In this document: positions 9,463 to 18,830 of the stretch, in pieces
Numbering within the stretch: position 1 is the first letter of the stretch
Layout: every line of letters starts with the position of its first letter
DNA from: an uncultured Bacilli bacterium
Lineage (GTDB): Bacteria; Bacillota_I; Bacilli_A; RF39; UBA660
DNA: 40,159 nt
NCBI GenBank assembly: GCA_947599755.1
Contig: CANQFO010000001.1
Coordinates: 1-40,159 of the forward strand
Direction of reading: 5' to 3'
The notes under the pieces: generated by a model
The model's input: only the letters and a program-made list of their open reading frames with translations
The model's database searches: none
What the model was told of the DNA's origin: nothing
Made by a program: the position numbers and the translations under genes

Positions 9463-10614
9463 ATGGAAACGAAAATATTGTTAGATGACAAAAATATAAT
9501 AGTGATGAAATTACTTCATTATTTCATTACAGAAAAAAATTATAATCCAATTATTTTACAAGGAGTAGAAAACGAAATTTGGTTAGAAAATTTAGAAGAA
9601 AATTATAAAGTAGTAAGAATTGTTTCAGGATATATTCACAATGATGAACAATTTCATTTTGATAAATTTAAAACACAAAGAATTTTAAAAAAAATAAAGA
9701 AAAAGACTTTATCATTTAGCATGAATGTTTTTAGTATTTTTTTAGATTTAGGAGATAATGTAAAAGAAGAATTAAATGATAATCCTAATTTATTATGTGT
9801 AAAAATTCAAGATGAAGCAGATTTGAATAAAAATGATATGGTAAAAAAAGTTTTTCCAGATTTACCAACAAAATTAAAATATAATGAAAAAGGAATGGAA
9901 TTATTTGTAAAAATAACAAATGATATAAATAAACATAATCAAATTGATGCTAAAAAAATAGAAAAAGTATTCAAAAATAAGTTTCCAACAATAACCTATA
10001 CAATAATTGCTATAAATATTATCTTTTATTTAGTTCCAATTTTATTTGGCCAATATAACAATATCATTAATTCCTTTTGTATCCACGGACCTAGTATAAG
10101 AGCAGGACAATATTACCGATTAATTACAGGAATTTTCTTACATGGGGGACTACTTCATTTATTATTTAACTGTTATGCTTTAAACATCATTGGTAGCCAA
10201 TTAGAAAGCTTTCTAGGGAAACCAAAATTTTTAATGATTTATTTAATCAGTGGAATTAGTGGAGCATTATTCTCAATGATTTTTGGAGGAGATTATGCTT
10301 CTATAGGAGCAAGTGGAGCAATCTTTGGACTAATGGGATCACTTGTATACTTTGGCTATCACTATCGAGTATTTTTAGGAAATATTATAAAAAGTCAAAT
10401 TATTCCTTTAATTATTGTAAACTTAGGTTTAGGCTTTATCTTACAAGGAGTAGATAATTCTGCTCACATAGGAGGATTAATCGGGGGAGCAATAATTACC
10501 ATGGCTTTAGGAATAAAAGATAAGACAACTACATTTGAAAAAATTAACGGTTGGATCATCACAGCCATATTCTTAGCATTTACAGTTTATATGGCCTTTG
10601 TATATGCAGCATAA
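9463..10614 (+). CDS. Rhomboid-family intramembrane serine protease with N-terminal cytoplasmic domain (GluP/YqgP-like)
   Basis: Rhomboid motifs HGGLLHLLFN, catalytic GxSG (IGASGAIFGLMG) and catalytic His (SAHIGGLIGG). SD AGGAGG. Confidence 0.85.
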   Translation: METKILLDDKNIIVMKLLHYFITEKNYNPIILQGVENEIWLENLEENYKVVRIVSGYIHNDEQFHFDKFKTQRILKKIKKKTLSFSMNVFSIFLDLGDNVKEELNDNPNLLCVKIQDEADLNKNDMVKKVFPDLPTKLKYNEKGMELFVKITNDINKHNQIDAKKIEKVFKNKFPTITYTIIAINIIFYLVPILFGQYNNIINSFCIHGPSIRAGQYYRLITGIFLHGGLLHLLFNCYALNIIGSQLESFLGKPKFLMIYLISGISGALFSMIFGGDYASIGASGAIFGLMGSLVYFGYHYRVFLGNIIKSQIIPLIIVNLGLGFILQGVDNSAHIGGLIGGAIITMALGIKDKTTTFEKINGWIITAIFLAFTVYMAFVYAA

Positions 10615-10675
10615 AAATTATTGTAATTCTCACAAATAAATGATAAAATGAAATAAATAATAGTGAGGTGATTTT

Positions 10676-10930
10676 ATGCCACAAGAGAAAACGACTATGT
10701 TTAATGTAAAAGAAATCGACACAGAAATGATTAGAGTAACCATTCAAGAAGTATATGAAGCCCTAGAAGAAAGAGGATATAATCCAATAAATCAATTAGT
10801 TGGATACCTAATTAGTGGAGATCCAGGCTATATCTCAAGTTATAAAAATGCTAGAAATAAAATTCAAGAAATCGATCGTGCAAAAATTGTAGAAGTTTTA
10901 TTAAAAGAATTTCAAAAAAAGAACAAATGA
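10676..10930 (+). CDS. ireB: IreB-family regulatory phosphoprotein (UPF0297/YrzL)
   Basis: Conserved core VYEALEERGYNPINQLVGYLISGDPGYISS, about 84 aa long, immediately upstream of ruvX as in Bacilli. Confidence 0.8.
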   Translation: MPQEKTTMFNVKEIDTEMIRVTIQEVYEALEERGYNPINQLVGYLISGDPGYISSYKNARNKIQEIDRAKIVEVLLKEFQKKNK

Positions 10931-11370
10931 AATATTTAGGTTTAGATTTAGGAAGTAAAACACTAGGAATGGCAATTAGTGATAAAGAAGGAAAAATTGC
11001 CAGTAGCTACCAAATCATAAGACATAATGAAGAGTATGATCGATTAATAGAAAAAATAAAAACAATAGTCGAAGAACAAAAAATAGAAAAAATTGTCTTA
11101 GGATTTCCAAAAAATATGAACAATACTATTGGTCCAAAAGGAAAGCTTAGTTTAGACTTTAAAAAGAAACTAGAAGAAAACTTGACTATACCAATTGAAT
11201 TACAAGATGAACGATTAACAACTAAATCTGCCACAAATATTTTAATACAGGGTGGATTGTCTAGAAAAAAAAGAAAAAAAGTAATTGACAGCATAGCTGC
11301 AACTATCATATTACAAACATTTTTAGATAGGAGAGAAAAAAATGAGTCAGAGCACATTTACTATGATTGA
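10927..11370 (+). CDS. ruvX: Holliday junction resolvase-like nuclease RuvX (YqgF/YrrK)
   Basis: N-terminal YLGLDLGSKTLGMAISD motif and DERLTT motif. ATGA overlap with ireB. Confidence 0.9.
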   Translation: MKYLGLDLGSKTLGMAISDKEGKIASSYQIIRHNEEYDRLIEKIKTIVEEQKIEKIVLGFPKNMNNTIGPKGKLSLDFKKKLEENLTIPIELQDERLTTKSATNILIQGGLSRKKRKKVIDSIAATIILQTFLDRREKNESEHIYYD

Positions 11371-11635
11371 TGAAAGTGGAAAAGAAGTAGTATATGAGGT
11401 ATTATTTACATTTGAAAGTGATGAAACCAATAAAAATTATATTGTCTATACAGATAATAAAAAAGATGAAACAGGTAATATCGAAGTATATGCATCAATT
11501 TATGATCCAAAAGATCCAAAAAGCAAATTAGAAGCAATTGAAACCGATAAAGAATGGAAAGTAATTGAAACAATTCTAGAAACATTACAAGAAGAAATCA
11601 AAAATAAACAAAACGAAGAAAATAACGAGCAATAG
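11342..11635 (+). CDS. DUF1292-family small acidic protein (YrzB-like)
   Basis: Size, acidic composition, the pattern TMIDESGKEVVYEVLFTFESDETNKNYIVY, and the conserved position between ruvX and mltG. Confidence 0.7.
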   Translation: MSQSTFTMIDESGKEVVYEVLFTFESDETNKNYIVYTDNKKDETGNIEVYASIYDPKDPKSKLEAIETDKEWKVIETILETLQEEIKNKQNEENNEQ

Positions 11636-11662
11636 CTCTTTATTTTTTGAAAGAGGTAATTT

Positions 11663-12736
11663 ATGACAATAAAAAGGAGAAGGCCAAAACCACTATTGAT
11701 TATTTTAATCATAGTAGCATCAATAACATGCGTATTAGCAGGAACAATTATCTATTGGATGAGTCCCGTAAATTCAAAAAGTAATGCTCAAATAGAAGTG
11801 GTGATAAAACCAGGAACTAGTACAAAAGAAATTGGAAAATTATTAAAAGAAAAAAAAATCATTAAAAACCAATTATTTTTTCAAATTTATATAAAAATGC
11901 AAGGAAAAAGTTCTTTAAAAGCATCAACATATTTATTAAAAAAAAATATGTCATTAAAAAAAATTATTTCCATTTTAGAAAAAGGAAATAATTATAATCC
12001 AGATGCAGTAACAATAACCTTTAAAGAGGGACAAAGAATTACAGATTATTGTGAAATCATTGCGAAAAAGACAAATATTACTTACGAAGAAGCAATATCA
12101 ATAATGCAAGACAGAGAATATATAAAAACCTTAATTGATAAGTATTGGTTTTTAACAGATACTATTTTAAATGAACAAATATATTATCCACTAGAAGGGT
12201 ACTTATTACCCGATACATTTCAACTAAAAAATAAAGAAGTACAAATGAATGAAATCATTGAAATTCTATTAAATGAAACAAAAAATAAACTAGAAAAAGA
12301 AAAAGAAGCAATACAAAATAATATTCATGAAATAATAACACTAGCATCAATTGTAGAATTAGAAGGAACCAATAAAGAAAATAGGAAAATGATCGCAGGA
12401 ATATTAAATAATCGACTAACAGCGAAGATGAATTTAGGAAGTGACGTAACTACATATTATGCTCTACAATATCCCATGAAAAGTGATTTAACAAAAGAAC
12501 AATTTGAAACGATTAATCCCTATAATACAAGAGCAATCAATATGGCAGGAAAACTACCTATTGGTCCCATTTGTAATCCAAGTATATCAAGTATAGAAGC
12601 AGTAGTAGAACCAACAATAAGTGAATATTACTATTTTGTTGCTGATAAAAAAGGAAATATATATTATACAAAAACCTTATCAGAACATCAAAAAAAAGTA
12701 CAAGAAATTAAAGATAGAGGAGAATGGATATGGTAA
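11663..12736 (+). CDS. mltG: Endolytic murein transglycosylase MltG (YceG/YrrL)
   Basis: N-terminal TM and YceG motifs: LASIVELEG (catalytic Glu), LGSDVTTYYAL, YNTR...GKLPIGPICNPS. Confidence 0.9.
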   Translation: MTIKRRRPKPLLIILIIVASITCVLAGTIIYWMSPVNSKSNAQIEVVIKPGTSTKEIGKLLKEKKIIKNQLFFQIYIKMQGKSSLKASTYLLKKNMSLKKIISILEKGNNYNPDAVTITFKEGQRITDYCEIIAKKTNITYEEAISIMQDREYIKTLIDKYWFLTDTILNEQIYYPLEGYLLPDTFQLKNKEVQMNEIIEILLNETKNKLEKEKEAIQNNIHEIITLASIVELEGTNKENRKMIAGILNNRLTAKMNLGSDVTTYYALQYPMKSDLTKEQFETINPYNTRAINMAGKLPIGPICNPSISSIEAVVEPTISEYYYFVADKKGNIYYTKTLSEHQKKVQEIKDRGEWIW

Positions 12737-13338
12737 ATCAATATGGTCTAATCAAACAAATCAAAGAATATGCCGATAAAAATAACATTCCAATCATCAC
12801 TGATGAAGGAATAAGTTATATCACAAACTATATAATCAAACATCAAATAAAACAAGTGTTAGAAATTGGAACGGCAATTGGCTATTCAGCTATTAAAATG
12901 GCCTTATCCTATAAAGATGTAGAAATTACAAGTATTGAAAGAGATGAAAAAAGATATTTAGAAGCTCTAAAAAATATCAAAAAACTAGATTTAGAAGATA
13001 GAATTCACTTAATTTATAATGATGCCTTACTCGTAAACTTAAAAGATAAATTTGATTTAATTTTTATTGATGCAGCAAAGGCACAAAATATAAAATTTTT
13101 CGAAAAATTTGAACACAATCTATTACCAAATGGAACAATCATTACTGATAACATATTTTTTCATGGATTAGTCAAAAAAAATGAAGAAGAAATAGAAAGT
13201 AAAAACTTAAAAGCATTAGTTAGAAAAATAAAAGCATATATAGAATTTTTAGAAAAAAATTCATCATTTGAAACACAAATTTTAGAAATTGGCGATGGAA
13301 TTGCTGTAAGTAGAAGAACCAAAACAGAAGGTGATTAA
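12724..13338 (+). CDS. trmR: Class I SAM-dependent O-methyltransferase, YrrM/TrmR-like (tRNA ho5U methyltransferase family)
   Basis: SAM motif I (VLEIGTAIGYSA) and DLIFIDAAK. It holds the synteny position of B. subtilis yrrM. ATG 12730 fits the GAGGAG SD better than ATG 12724. Confidence 0.7.
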   Translation: MDMVNQYGLIKQIKEYADKNNIPIITDEGISYITNYIIKHQIKQVLEIGTAIGYSAIKMALSYKDVEITSIERDEKRYLEALKNIKKLDLEDRIHLIYNDALLVNLKDKFDLIFIDAAKAQNIKFFEKFEHNLLPNGTIITDNIFFHGLVKKNEEEIESKNLKALVRKIKAYIEFLEKNSSFETQILEIGDGIAVSRRTKTEGD

Positions 13339-14077
13339 ATTGGTAGGCAAAGAAAGAGAAAAACTATCAAAAATCATTTTAACCAAGTGGGTACCAATAC
13401 TAATAGGAGGAATCATCTTTATCATGGCATTTTGGATAATAACCAAAATAATTTCTCCCAAACAAGAAAATTCTTACCAAAATATACTAACGAATCAATC
13501 CAAAGATATTGTCTATGATATAGAAAATAACTCTATACAAAAAAATGATAAAGTACCAAGAATTAATTTAAATACAGAAAAAATTAATCAAATAAATAAA
13601 GAAATAGAAACCTCATATGAAGATTATTTAGCAAAATTTACAGACGGATATACTTATCAATATAATATTTCAAACAATATTTTATCAATTTTAATTACCT
13701 CAAAACAAAGATATAATGACGCTTTAAATTATGATATTACCTATAAATCTTATAATATTGATCTAGGCAATTTAGAACCGCTAAATCAAAAACAATTACT
13801 AAAAAAATTTAATATTACAGAAAAACAATTAAGATATTTTATAACTTATAAATTTGTAAATTATTATAATGACCTAATCAAAAAACAATATTTTACAGAA
13901 GAAGAATGTAATTATAATTGTTTCATTGAAAGCAAAAATATTTTTGATTACTTAGAAAATAATCAATACTATATAAATAATAATCATTTAGAAGTATATA
14001 AATATTTCAATATATTTACAGACTATAAGGAAGAAGAGTACTTTACAGAAGATTCATTTCATTTTATAATCAAATAA
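13331..14077 (+). CDS. Membrane-anchored hypothetical protein, paralog A (related to 16041-16796)
   Basis: GTG start overlaps the trmR stop by 8 nt. It has one N-terminal TM helix. The C-terminal region shares a colinear motif with the paralog (YFTEEECNYNCF...YL.N..YY / YFDPKECNYSCF...YLDNVTYY). Confidence 0.6.
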   Translation: MIKLVGKEREKLSKIILTKWVPILIGGIIFIMAFWIITKIISPKQENSYQNILTNQSKDIVYDIENNSIQKNDKVPRINLNTEKINQINKEIETSYEDYLAKFTDGYTYQYNISNNILSILITSKQRYNDALNYDITYKSYNIDLGNLEPLNQKQLLKKFNITEKQLRYFITYKFVNYYNDLIKKQYFTEEECNYNCFIESKNIFDYLENNQYYINNNHLEVYKYFNIFTDYKEEEYFTEDSFHFIIK

Positions 14078-14095
14078 CAAGAGAGGAAATAGAAG

Positions 14096-15169
14096 ATGAA
14101 GAAGATATATATATTAAATTGTCGAGGAGATATTTCTACTTGTTGTAGTGATTATGGATTAGCTAAAATACTATCAGTAATAAAAAAATGTTTTCAATTA
14201 ATGCAAATAATAATCCCAATAATTTTAGTGGTAATGATAACGATTCAATTAATTAAGATGATGGCAAATCCAGAAGAACAAAAGAATAAAAAAAATTTAA
14301 TGAATAAATTGATTGCTGCTTTAATTTGTTTTTTTCTACCAACAATAGTAAATCTTACATTAGAAGTAATTGCCATAGGAACAGAAAATGTATTATCGAA
14401 AAATTTTCAAGCTGCTATCTGTTGGGATGCCGCAGACGAAGTAAATGAAATGATTCAAGTAAGTAAAAGTGTTTACATATCTAATCATACGAAAAATTCC
14501 AAAAATTTATATAATGATCCAAGTAATTATGAAGAAGGAGAAGAAAGTAATTCAGAAAATAGTGAGGGAAAAGGAAATATTTTATTAATCGCTGGGCATT
14601 CTTATCCTCCTTATTGTAACAGCAAAGGAATAAGTGATTGCAGAGGAAAAATTTCATCAGGATATGATGAAACTGATCAAACACGAATTTTAGTCAAATT
14701 AATTAAGCAAGAATTAGATAACTTAGGGGTAAAATCAGATATTGCCAATGCTTTAATGGCACAAGATACCAATAAAATGAATAAATCATTTTATCTAGAA
14801 TGTAAAACAGGAAGTGAACTTTGTAAAAAATATAATTGGAAAAAATATAAATATGTTTTAGAAATTCATTTCAATGCATCAAGTGGTGCAACAGCGGCAG
14901 GAACACAGTTAGTAAAAGCAAATCGCAGTTATAGCACAAAAGCAGATCAAGCAATCGTTAATGCAGTAATCAAAAATACAGGAAAAAAACATTATTCAGA
15001 TTATATATATGGAGCATTTAATATTGGATATTTTACCTCTAGAAATGTACCAATTACTTATTTAGAAACAGAATTTTATGATAATAAAAGTGCAATGGAT
15101 AATTATAGTAAAAAGAAAGAACAAATAGCCAAAGATATTGCCAAAGCAATCCAAAAATATTATGGATAA
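14096..15169 (+). CDS. N-acetylmuramoyl-L-alanine amidase (Amidase_3 type) fused to an N-terminal two-TM CCSDYGL module
   Basis: The C-terminal half has Amidase_3-like Zn/catalytic positions (LLIAGHS, YDETDQT, LEIHFNAS, YLETEFYDN). The N-terminal ~115 aa has the CCSDYGL motif, TM1 IIIPIILVVMITIQLIK, an NPEE loop, TM2 and a CW motif. Confidence 0.8.
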   Translation: MKKIYILNCRGDISTCCSDYGLAKILSVIKKCFQLMQIIIPIILVVMITIQLIKMMANPEEQKNKKNLMNKLIAALICFFLPTIVNLTLEVIAIGTENVLSKNFQAAICWDAADEVNEMIQVSKSVYISNHTKNSKNLYNDPSNYEEGEESNSENSEGKGNILLIAGHSYPPYCNSKGISDCRGKISSGYDETDQTRILVKLIKQELDNLGVKSDIANALMAQDTNKMNKSFYLECKTGSELCKKYNWKKYKYVLEIHFNASSGATAAGTQLVKANRSYSTKADQAIVNAVIKNTGKKHYSDYIYGAFNIGYFTSRNVPITYLETEFYDNKSAMDNYSKKKEQIAKDIAKAIQKYYG

Positions 15170-15182
15170 AGGAGAGGGTTTA

Positions 15183-16031
15183 ATGAATTTATTTCAAATA
15201 CTAGCCTGTAATGATACGCTAGGAACATGTTGCAGTGATTATGGATTAGTATCACTAATTGACATAATTAGAACAGCTTTTTCCTATATTCAATTAATCA
15301 TTCCCATTATTTTAATTGTAATGATAACAGTACAATTAATTAAATTAACGATAAATCCAGAAGAAAAAAATGGAACAAAAAAAATAACCAATAAATTAAT
15401 AGGAGCAATCATTTGTTTTTTTCTACCAATATTAATCGATATCATAGTAGGATGGATGCCATCCAATCAACAATTTCAAGTAGCATCTTGTTGGCAAGAA
15501 GCAAAAATATCCCATGAAGTATTAAAACTTCAAAAAAGCACATATATCAAACAAAATGATGATACAGAAAGAAAATCTTTAATTATTAATCCAGGAAAAT
15601 ATAATCCAGGAAATCCAACAACGAGTGAAAATACAACAGGAAGTTCAAAAGGAAAAGAAATTGTAAATTATGCCAAAAAATTTGTTGGAAAAAATTATAT
15701 TTATGGTGGCTATTGGAATGGAGAATTACCTTATACAGGGACAGATTGCAGTGGATTTGTTCAAGGAATATACAAACACTTTGGAATAAATTTGCAAAGA
15801 ACAACCTATGCTCAATGGGACGATACAGGAAGTTATACTTTAGTAAATGAAGCAAATGTTCAAGCAGGAGACTTAATTATGTATGATGGACACGTTGCTA
15901 TCGCAACAGGAAACGGAAGGGAAATTGTTCATGCCCAATCCACCGCAACAGGAATAGTAATATCAAGTGACTATAAAACTTGCTCTAGTAAAGCAATTCT
16001 TGGCATTATGAGAATTAAAGGAATAAACTAG
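15183..16031 (+). CDS. NlpC/P60-family peptidoglycan endopeptidase fused to the same N-terminal two-TM CCSDYGL module
   Basis: NlpC/P60 catalytic Cys (GTDCSGFVQGIY) and His (YDGHVAIATG...IVHAQ). ATG 15183 follows an AAGGAGAGG SD, so the ORF-track 15138 extension is rejected. The N-terminal module is colinear with 14096-14440, including long DNA-level identities. Confidence 0.85.
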   Translation: MNLFQILACNDTLGTCCSDYGLVSLIDIIRTAFSYIQLIIPIILIVMITVQLIKLTINPEEKNGTKKITNKLIGAIICFFLPILIDIIVGWMPSNQQFQVASCWQEAKISHEVLKLQKSTYIKQNDDTERKSLIINPGKYNPGNPTTSENTTGSSKGKEIVNYAKKFVGKNYIYGGYWNGELPYTGTDCSGFVQGIYKHFGINLQRTTYAQWDDTGSYTLVNEANVQAGDLIMYDGHVAIATGNGREIVHAQSTATGIVISSDYKTCSSKAILGIMRIKGIN

Positions 16032-16040
16032 GAGGGGAAA

Positions 16041-16796
16041 ATGAAAAATGATAAAACGCAAAAAGAAAAGAAATTAAACACAAATTTCAAAAAAGGTATC
16101 ATTATCACCTTATCAGCAATTTTAATATTACTGATAGGGTATACATATTTTACAAGAAAAAACATGGAAAATTATAACAATATAAAAAAAGATAAAAGTA
16201 AATATATTGTATATAGTAGATATGAAAATACAAATGAGCAATATCCAAAAAGAATTCCTTATATAAATATAAACTCAGAACCAGTAGAAGCAGTAAATGA
16301 CGATATTCAAATACTATGTAATCAATATTTTGATATAGAAAAAAGCATGATAGACTATGAATATGATATTAATGGAATCATTCTATCAGTAGTAGTAAAA
16401 ATTTTAAATACAGAAACAGAATATGCCCCAAAACCATATTTTAGAACTTATAATATTAATTTAGATACAAAAAAAGTAATTGCAAATGAAGCTTTATTAG
16501 AATATTTTCAAGTAAATTCAAAAACAGTCGAAAAGAAAATTCAACAACAATTTGAAAAATTTTATAAAGAAATAATCATGAATGAATATTTTGATCCAAA
16601 AGAATGTAACTATTCATGCTTTTTAAAATGGAGAGACGTCGATAATTATTTAGATAATGTTACTTACTACGTAGAAAAAGGAAACTTAATCGCCTTTAAA
16701 CCATTTGTTTTTGAATCAATATTTGGAGAAGAAAATTATTTTAAAGATTCAGATTTTGAAATCCTGATCAAAAAGGCAGAGGAGATAAAAGAATAA
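16041..16796 (+). CDS. Membrane-anchored hypothetical protein, paralog B (related to 13331-14077)
   Basis: SD AGGAGGGG and one N-terminal TM. It shares the architecture and C-terminal ECNYxCF motif of paralog A. Confidence 0.6.
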   Translation: MKNDKTQKEKKLNTNFKKGIIITLSAILILLIGYTYFTRKNMENYNNIKKDKSKYIVYSRYENTNEQYPKRIPYININSEPVEAVNDDIQILCNQYFDIEKSMIDYEYDINGIILSVVVKILNTETEYAPKPYFRTYNINLDTKKVIANEALLEYFQVNSKTVEKKIQQQFEKFYKEIIMNEYFDPKECNYSCFLKWRDVDNYLDNVTYYVEKGNLIAFKPFVFESIFGEENYFKDSDFEILIKKAEEIKE

Positions 16797-16801
16797 AAAA
16801 A

Positions 16802-16830
16802 ATAGTAGAAGCTAATCTCTACTATTTTTT
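16802..16830. terminator. Bidirectional rho-independent terminator between convergent genes
   Basis: Hairpin ATAGTAGA-(8 nt loop)-TCTACTAT, with a T-run on the + strand and an A-run upstream that acts as a T-run for the - strand. Confidence 0.6.
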
Positions 16831-16857
16831 GATAAAATGATGAGGAAGCAGAACTGT

Positions 16858-18786
16858 TTAATCTGAGGAATTTAATATACTACGTGGAGCATTTTTACAA
16901 TAATATTCACATGCTTGTGTAGGAGTATACCCCTCTTGTTTAATTCGAAAATCATAAGAACCACCAGAATGTAGCCAATAATTACTTCCATCAAAATTAC
17001 GATAAATATTACCATTACCAAGAAGATCAAATGGATCTCCACCAAACCAACGATAACCATGGAATCCTGCTTTAGCAGAAGTATTTGAAGTCATTGGAAA
17101 ATTATCAACTTCTTCATTAGTACATACTCGATATACCCATGAATTAACAGGAATTTCATTTTTACAAGCTTTTATCCCATTAGCAGTAGTCCGATAATAA
17201 ATAGTTGCATGATCATCATGACCAGTATTTAAAGTAGCAGTTGCCCCTCCCACATAACTAGAACCATTATTTACATCAACCTTACATTGACAAGTATAAG
17301 AATAATAAGAATAACGTCGATAAGGTCGATCTATTAACTTATCAGGATTATTACTGGTATAACTACACTTTCTAGTAGAGTAATTCCACTTATAAATAGT
17401 AAATTGACTAACTTGTATATTCTGTGGATTTTGTGTACCAGGAGTAGAACAAGCTCCTTTATTACAAGCTCCTCCATTAACCGAAGATTTAGAACAAATG
17501 ATAGATGGATTATATTTATCAGTATCCGTCTTAGTCTGAATTAACAAACCATTCCCACAACTAACATTACAAGAACCACTATCCAAAGTAGAATTAGTTT
17601 CACTACAAGTTTTATATATTTGATAAGGAAATTTCTTTTCACTAACATTTCCAGCCGTATCTTTTAGAGTAACAGATATCGTTTTCTTAGTACCATCTAA
17701 TTGAGTTCCCATTGACAATTTTGTCTTAAACTGATTAATAGAAGTTTTTGTAGAAGAATTATCAACAGAATACTTTTTAACAATATTACTAAAAGAATCA
17801 TGATTATCAGAAATATCCGTTAAATCAAGATCTGCAGAGATATCATTATATTGACTATGACTAGAAACAAGTTGAGCACCATTAAATTTAGGAGCTTCAT
17901 TATCCAACCAAAATTCATCAGATAAAACATTTCCAGTAAGTTGATTGTTAGCCAAATCCTTTAATGGATCTAATCCATCGACATTTCCTGGAGAAATGAT
18001 CAATTGATACTTTCCAGATGCATTATCAGGAATAGGAATCCAAAAATTAACCTCTGTTTTTCGTTTAGAAAAATCACTTGGATAAGGAATAGAAAATTCG
18101 CCCCTTCCAGTAGAAAAACCAACAAATTGATTATCTTGATTTAAACGATTATCATCCCGAACGACATTACCAACTTTTTTCCATGTATAATAAAAAGAGC
18201 CAGTAAGTCCAGAATCATCCGTAACTGTTACCAAAACTTGACCATGATGATCACCACAATTAGCAGTAGCAGTTTTACACCAAATATTTTTACTCATCTT
18301 ATAACTACCTTTAGAAGAATTTGGATCAATAATAACATTAGGAGCAGAATTATCAGCACCATTACAACTAGAAGATTTATTTTTAGAACCACCTGAATAA
18401 ACAATTTGATTTTGACTATTTGTACAAGAAAGCGAATATTGATACTCATAATAATCATTAATTCTACGAACCAATACATAAGTATGATTATTGGAACAAC
18501 TAATATCATTCTCTTGAAAATCTTGCAACAAATTTTTACTCTTCAACTCATTATAACTAATAGTATAACAACTACTAGAATCTCCCTCAAACATATCATC
18601 AGCATAAGAATCAGTATAAAGTTTAGCACCAGTAAGCATAGCTTTCTCATAAGCTTCAAATTTCTTATTTTTATTATGTTCACGAATATTTGCAACCCCA
18701 GATAATGCGATTACAGAAAGAATTGATGCAATAGCAATCGCAACTAATAATTCTACTAAAGTAAATCCCTTATTATTTTTTTTCAT
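16858..18786 (-). CDS. Giant (642 aa) type IV prepilin-like protein with Ig-like middle region and Cys-rich C-terminal region
   Basis: Canonical prepilin N-terminal cleavage/methylation signal MKKNNKG|FTLVELLVAIAIASIL (Gly-1, Phe+1, Glu+5). SD AAGGAG. I counted 19 Cys. Ig-like signatures are VTVTDDSGL and TLKDTAGNVS. Confidence 0.8.
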   Translation of the reverse strand: MKKNNKGFTLVELLVAIAIASILSVIALSGVANIREHNKNKKFEAYEKAMLTGAKLYTDSYADDMFEGDSSSCYTISYNELKSKNLLQDFQENDISCSNNHTYVLVRRINDYYEYQYSLSCTNSQNQIVYSGGSKNKSSSCNGADNSAPNVIIDPNSSKGSYKMSKNIWCKTATANCGDHHGQVLVTVTDDSGLTGSFYYTWKKVGNVVRDDNRLNQDNQFVGFSTGRGEFSIPYPSDFSKRKTEVNFWIPIPDNASGKYQLIISPGNVDGLDPLKDLANNQLTGNVLSDEFWLDNEAPKFNGAQLVSSHSQYNDISADLDLTDISDNHDSFSNIVKKYSVDNSSTKTSINQFKTKLSMGTQLDGTKKTISVTLKDTAGNVSEKKFPYQIYKTCSETNSTLDSGSCNVSCGNGLLIQTKTDTDKYNPSIICSKSSVNGGACNKGACSTPGTQNPQNIQVSQFTIYKWNYSTRKCSYTSNNPDKLIDRPYRRYSYYSYTCQCKVDVNNGSSYVGGATATLNTGHDDHATIYYRTTANGIKACKNEIPVNSWVYRVCTNEEVDNFPMTSNTSAKAGFHGYRWFGGDPFDLLGNGNIYRNFDGSNYWLHSGGSYDFRIKQEGYTPTQACEYYCKNAPRSILNSSD

Positions 18787-18830
18787 TCTCTCAGCTCCTT
18801 ATAATAATAATAATAATCCATAAAAACCAA

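Noticed and set aside
14096-16031. Amidase plus NlpC/P60 pair as a prophage lysis cassette (endolysins)
   Set aside because: No holin, capsid, tail, terminase or integrase genes are nearby. Both enzymes carry N-terminal membrane modules rather than the phage-type CBD architecture, and the flanks are housekeeping genes.
18801-18817. (ATA)5 trinucleotide tract just upstream of the giant prepilin SD, as a phase-variation switch
   Set aside because: It is short (5 units), lies in an intergenic spacer within an operon where length changes would not shift a frame, and such tracts are expected by chance at this AT content.
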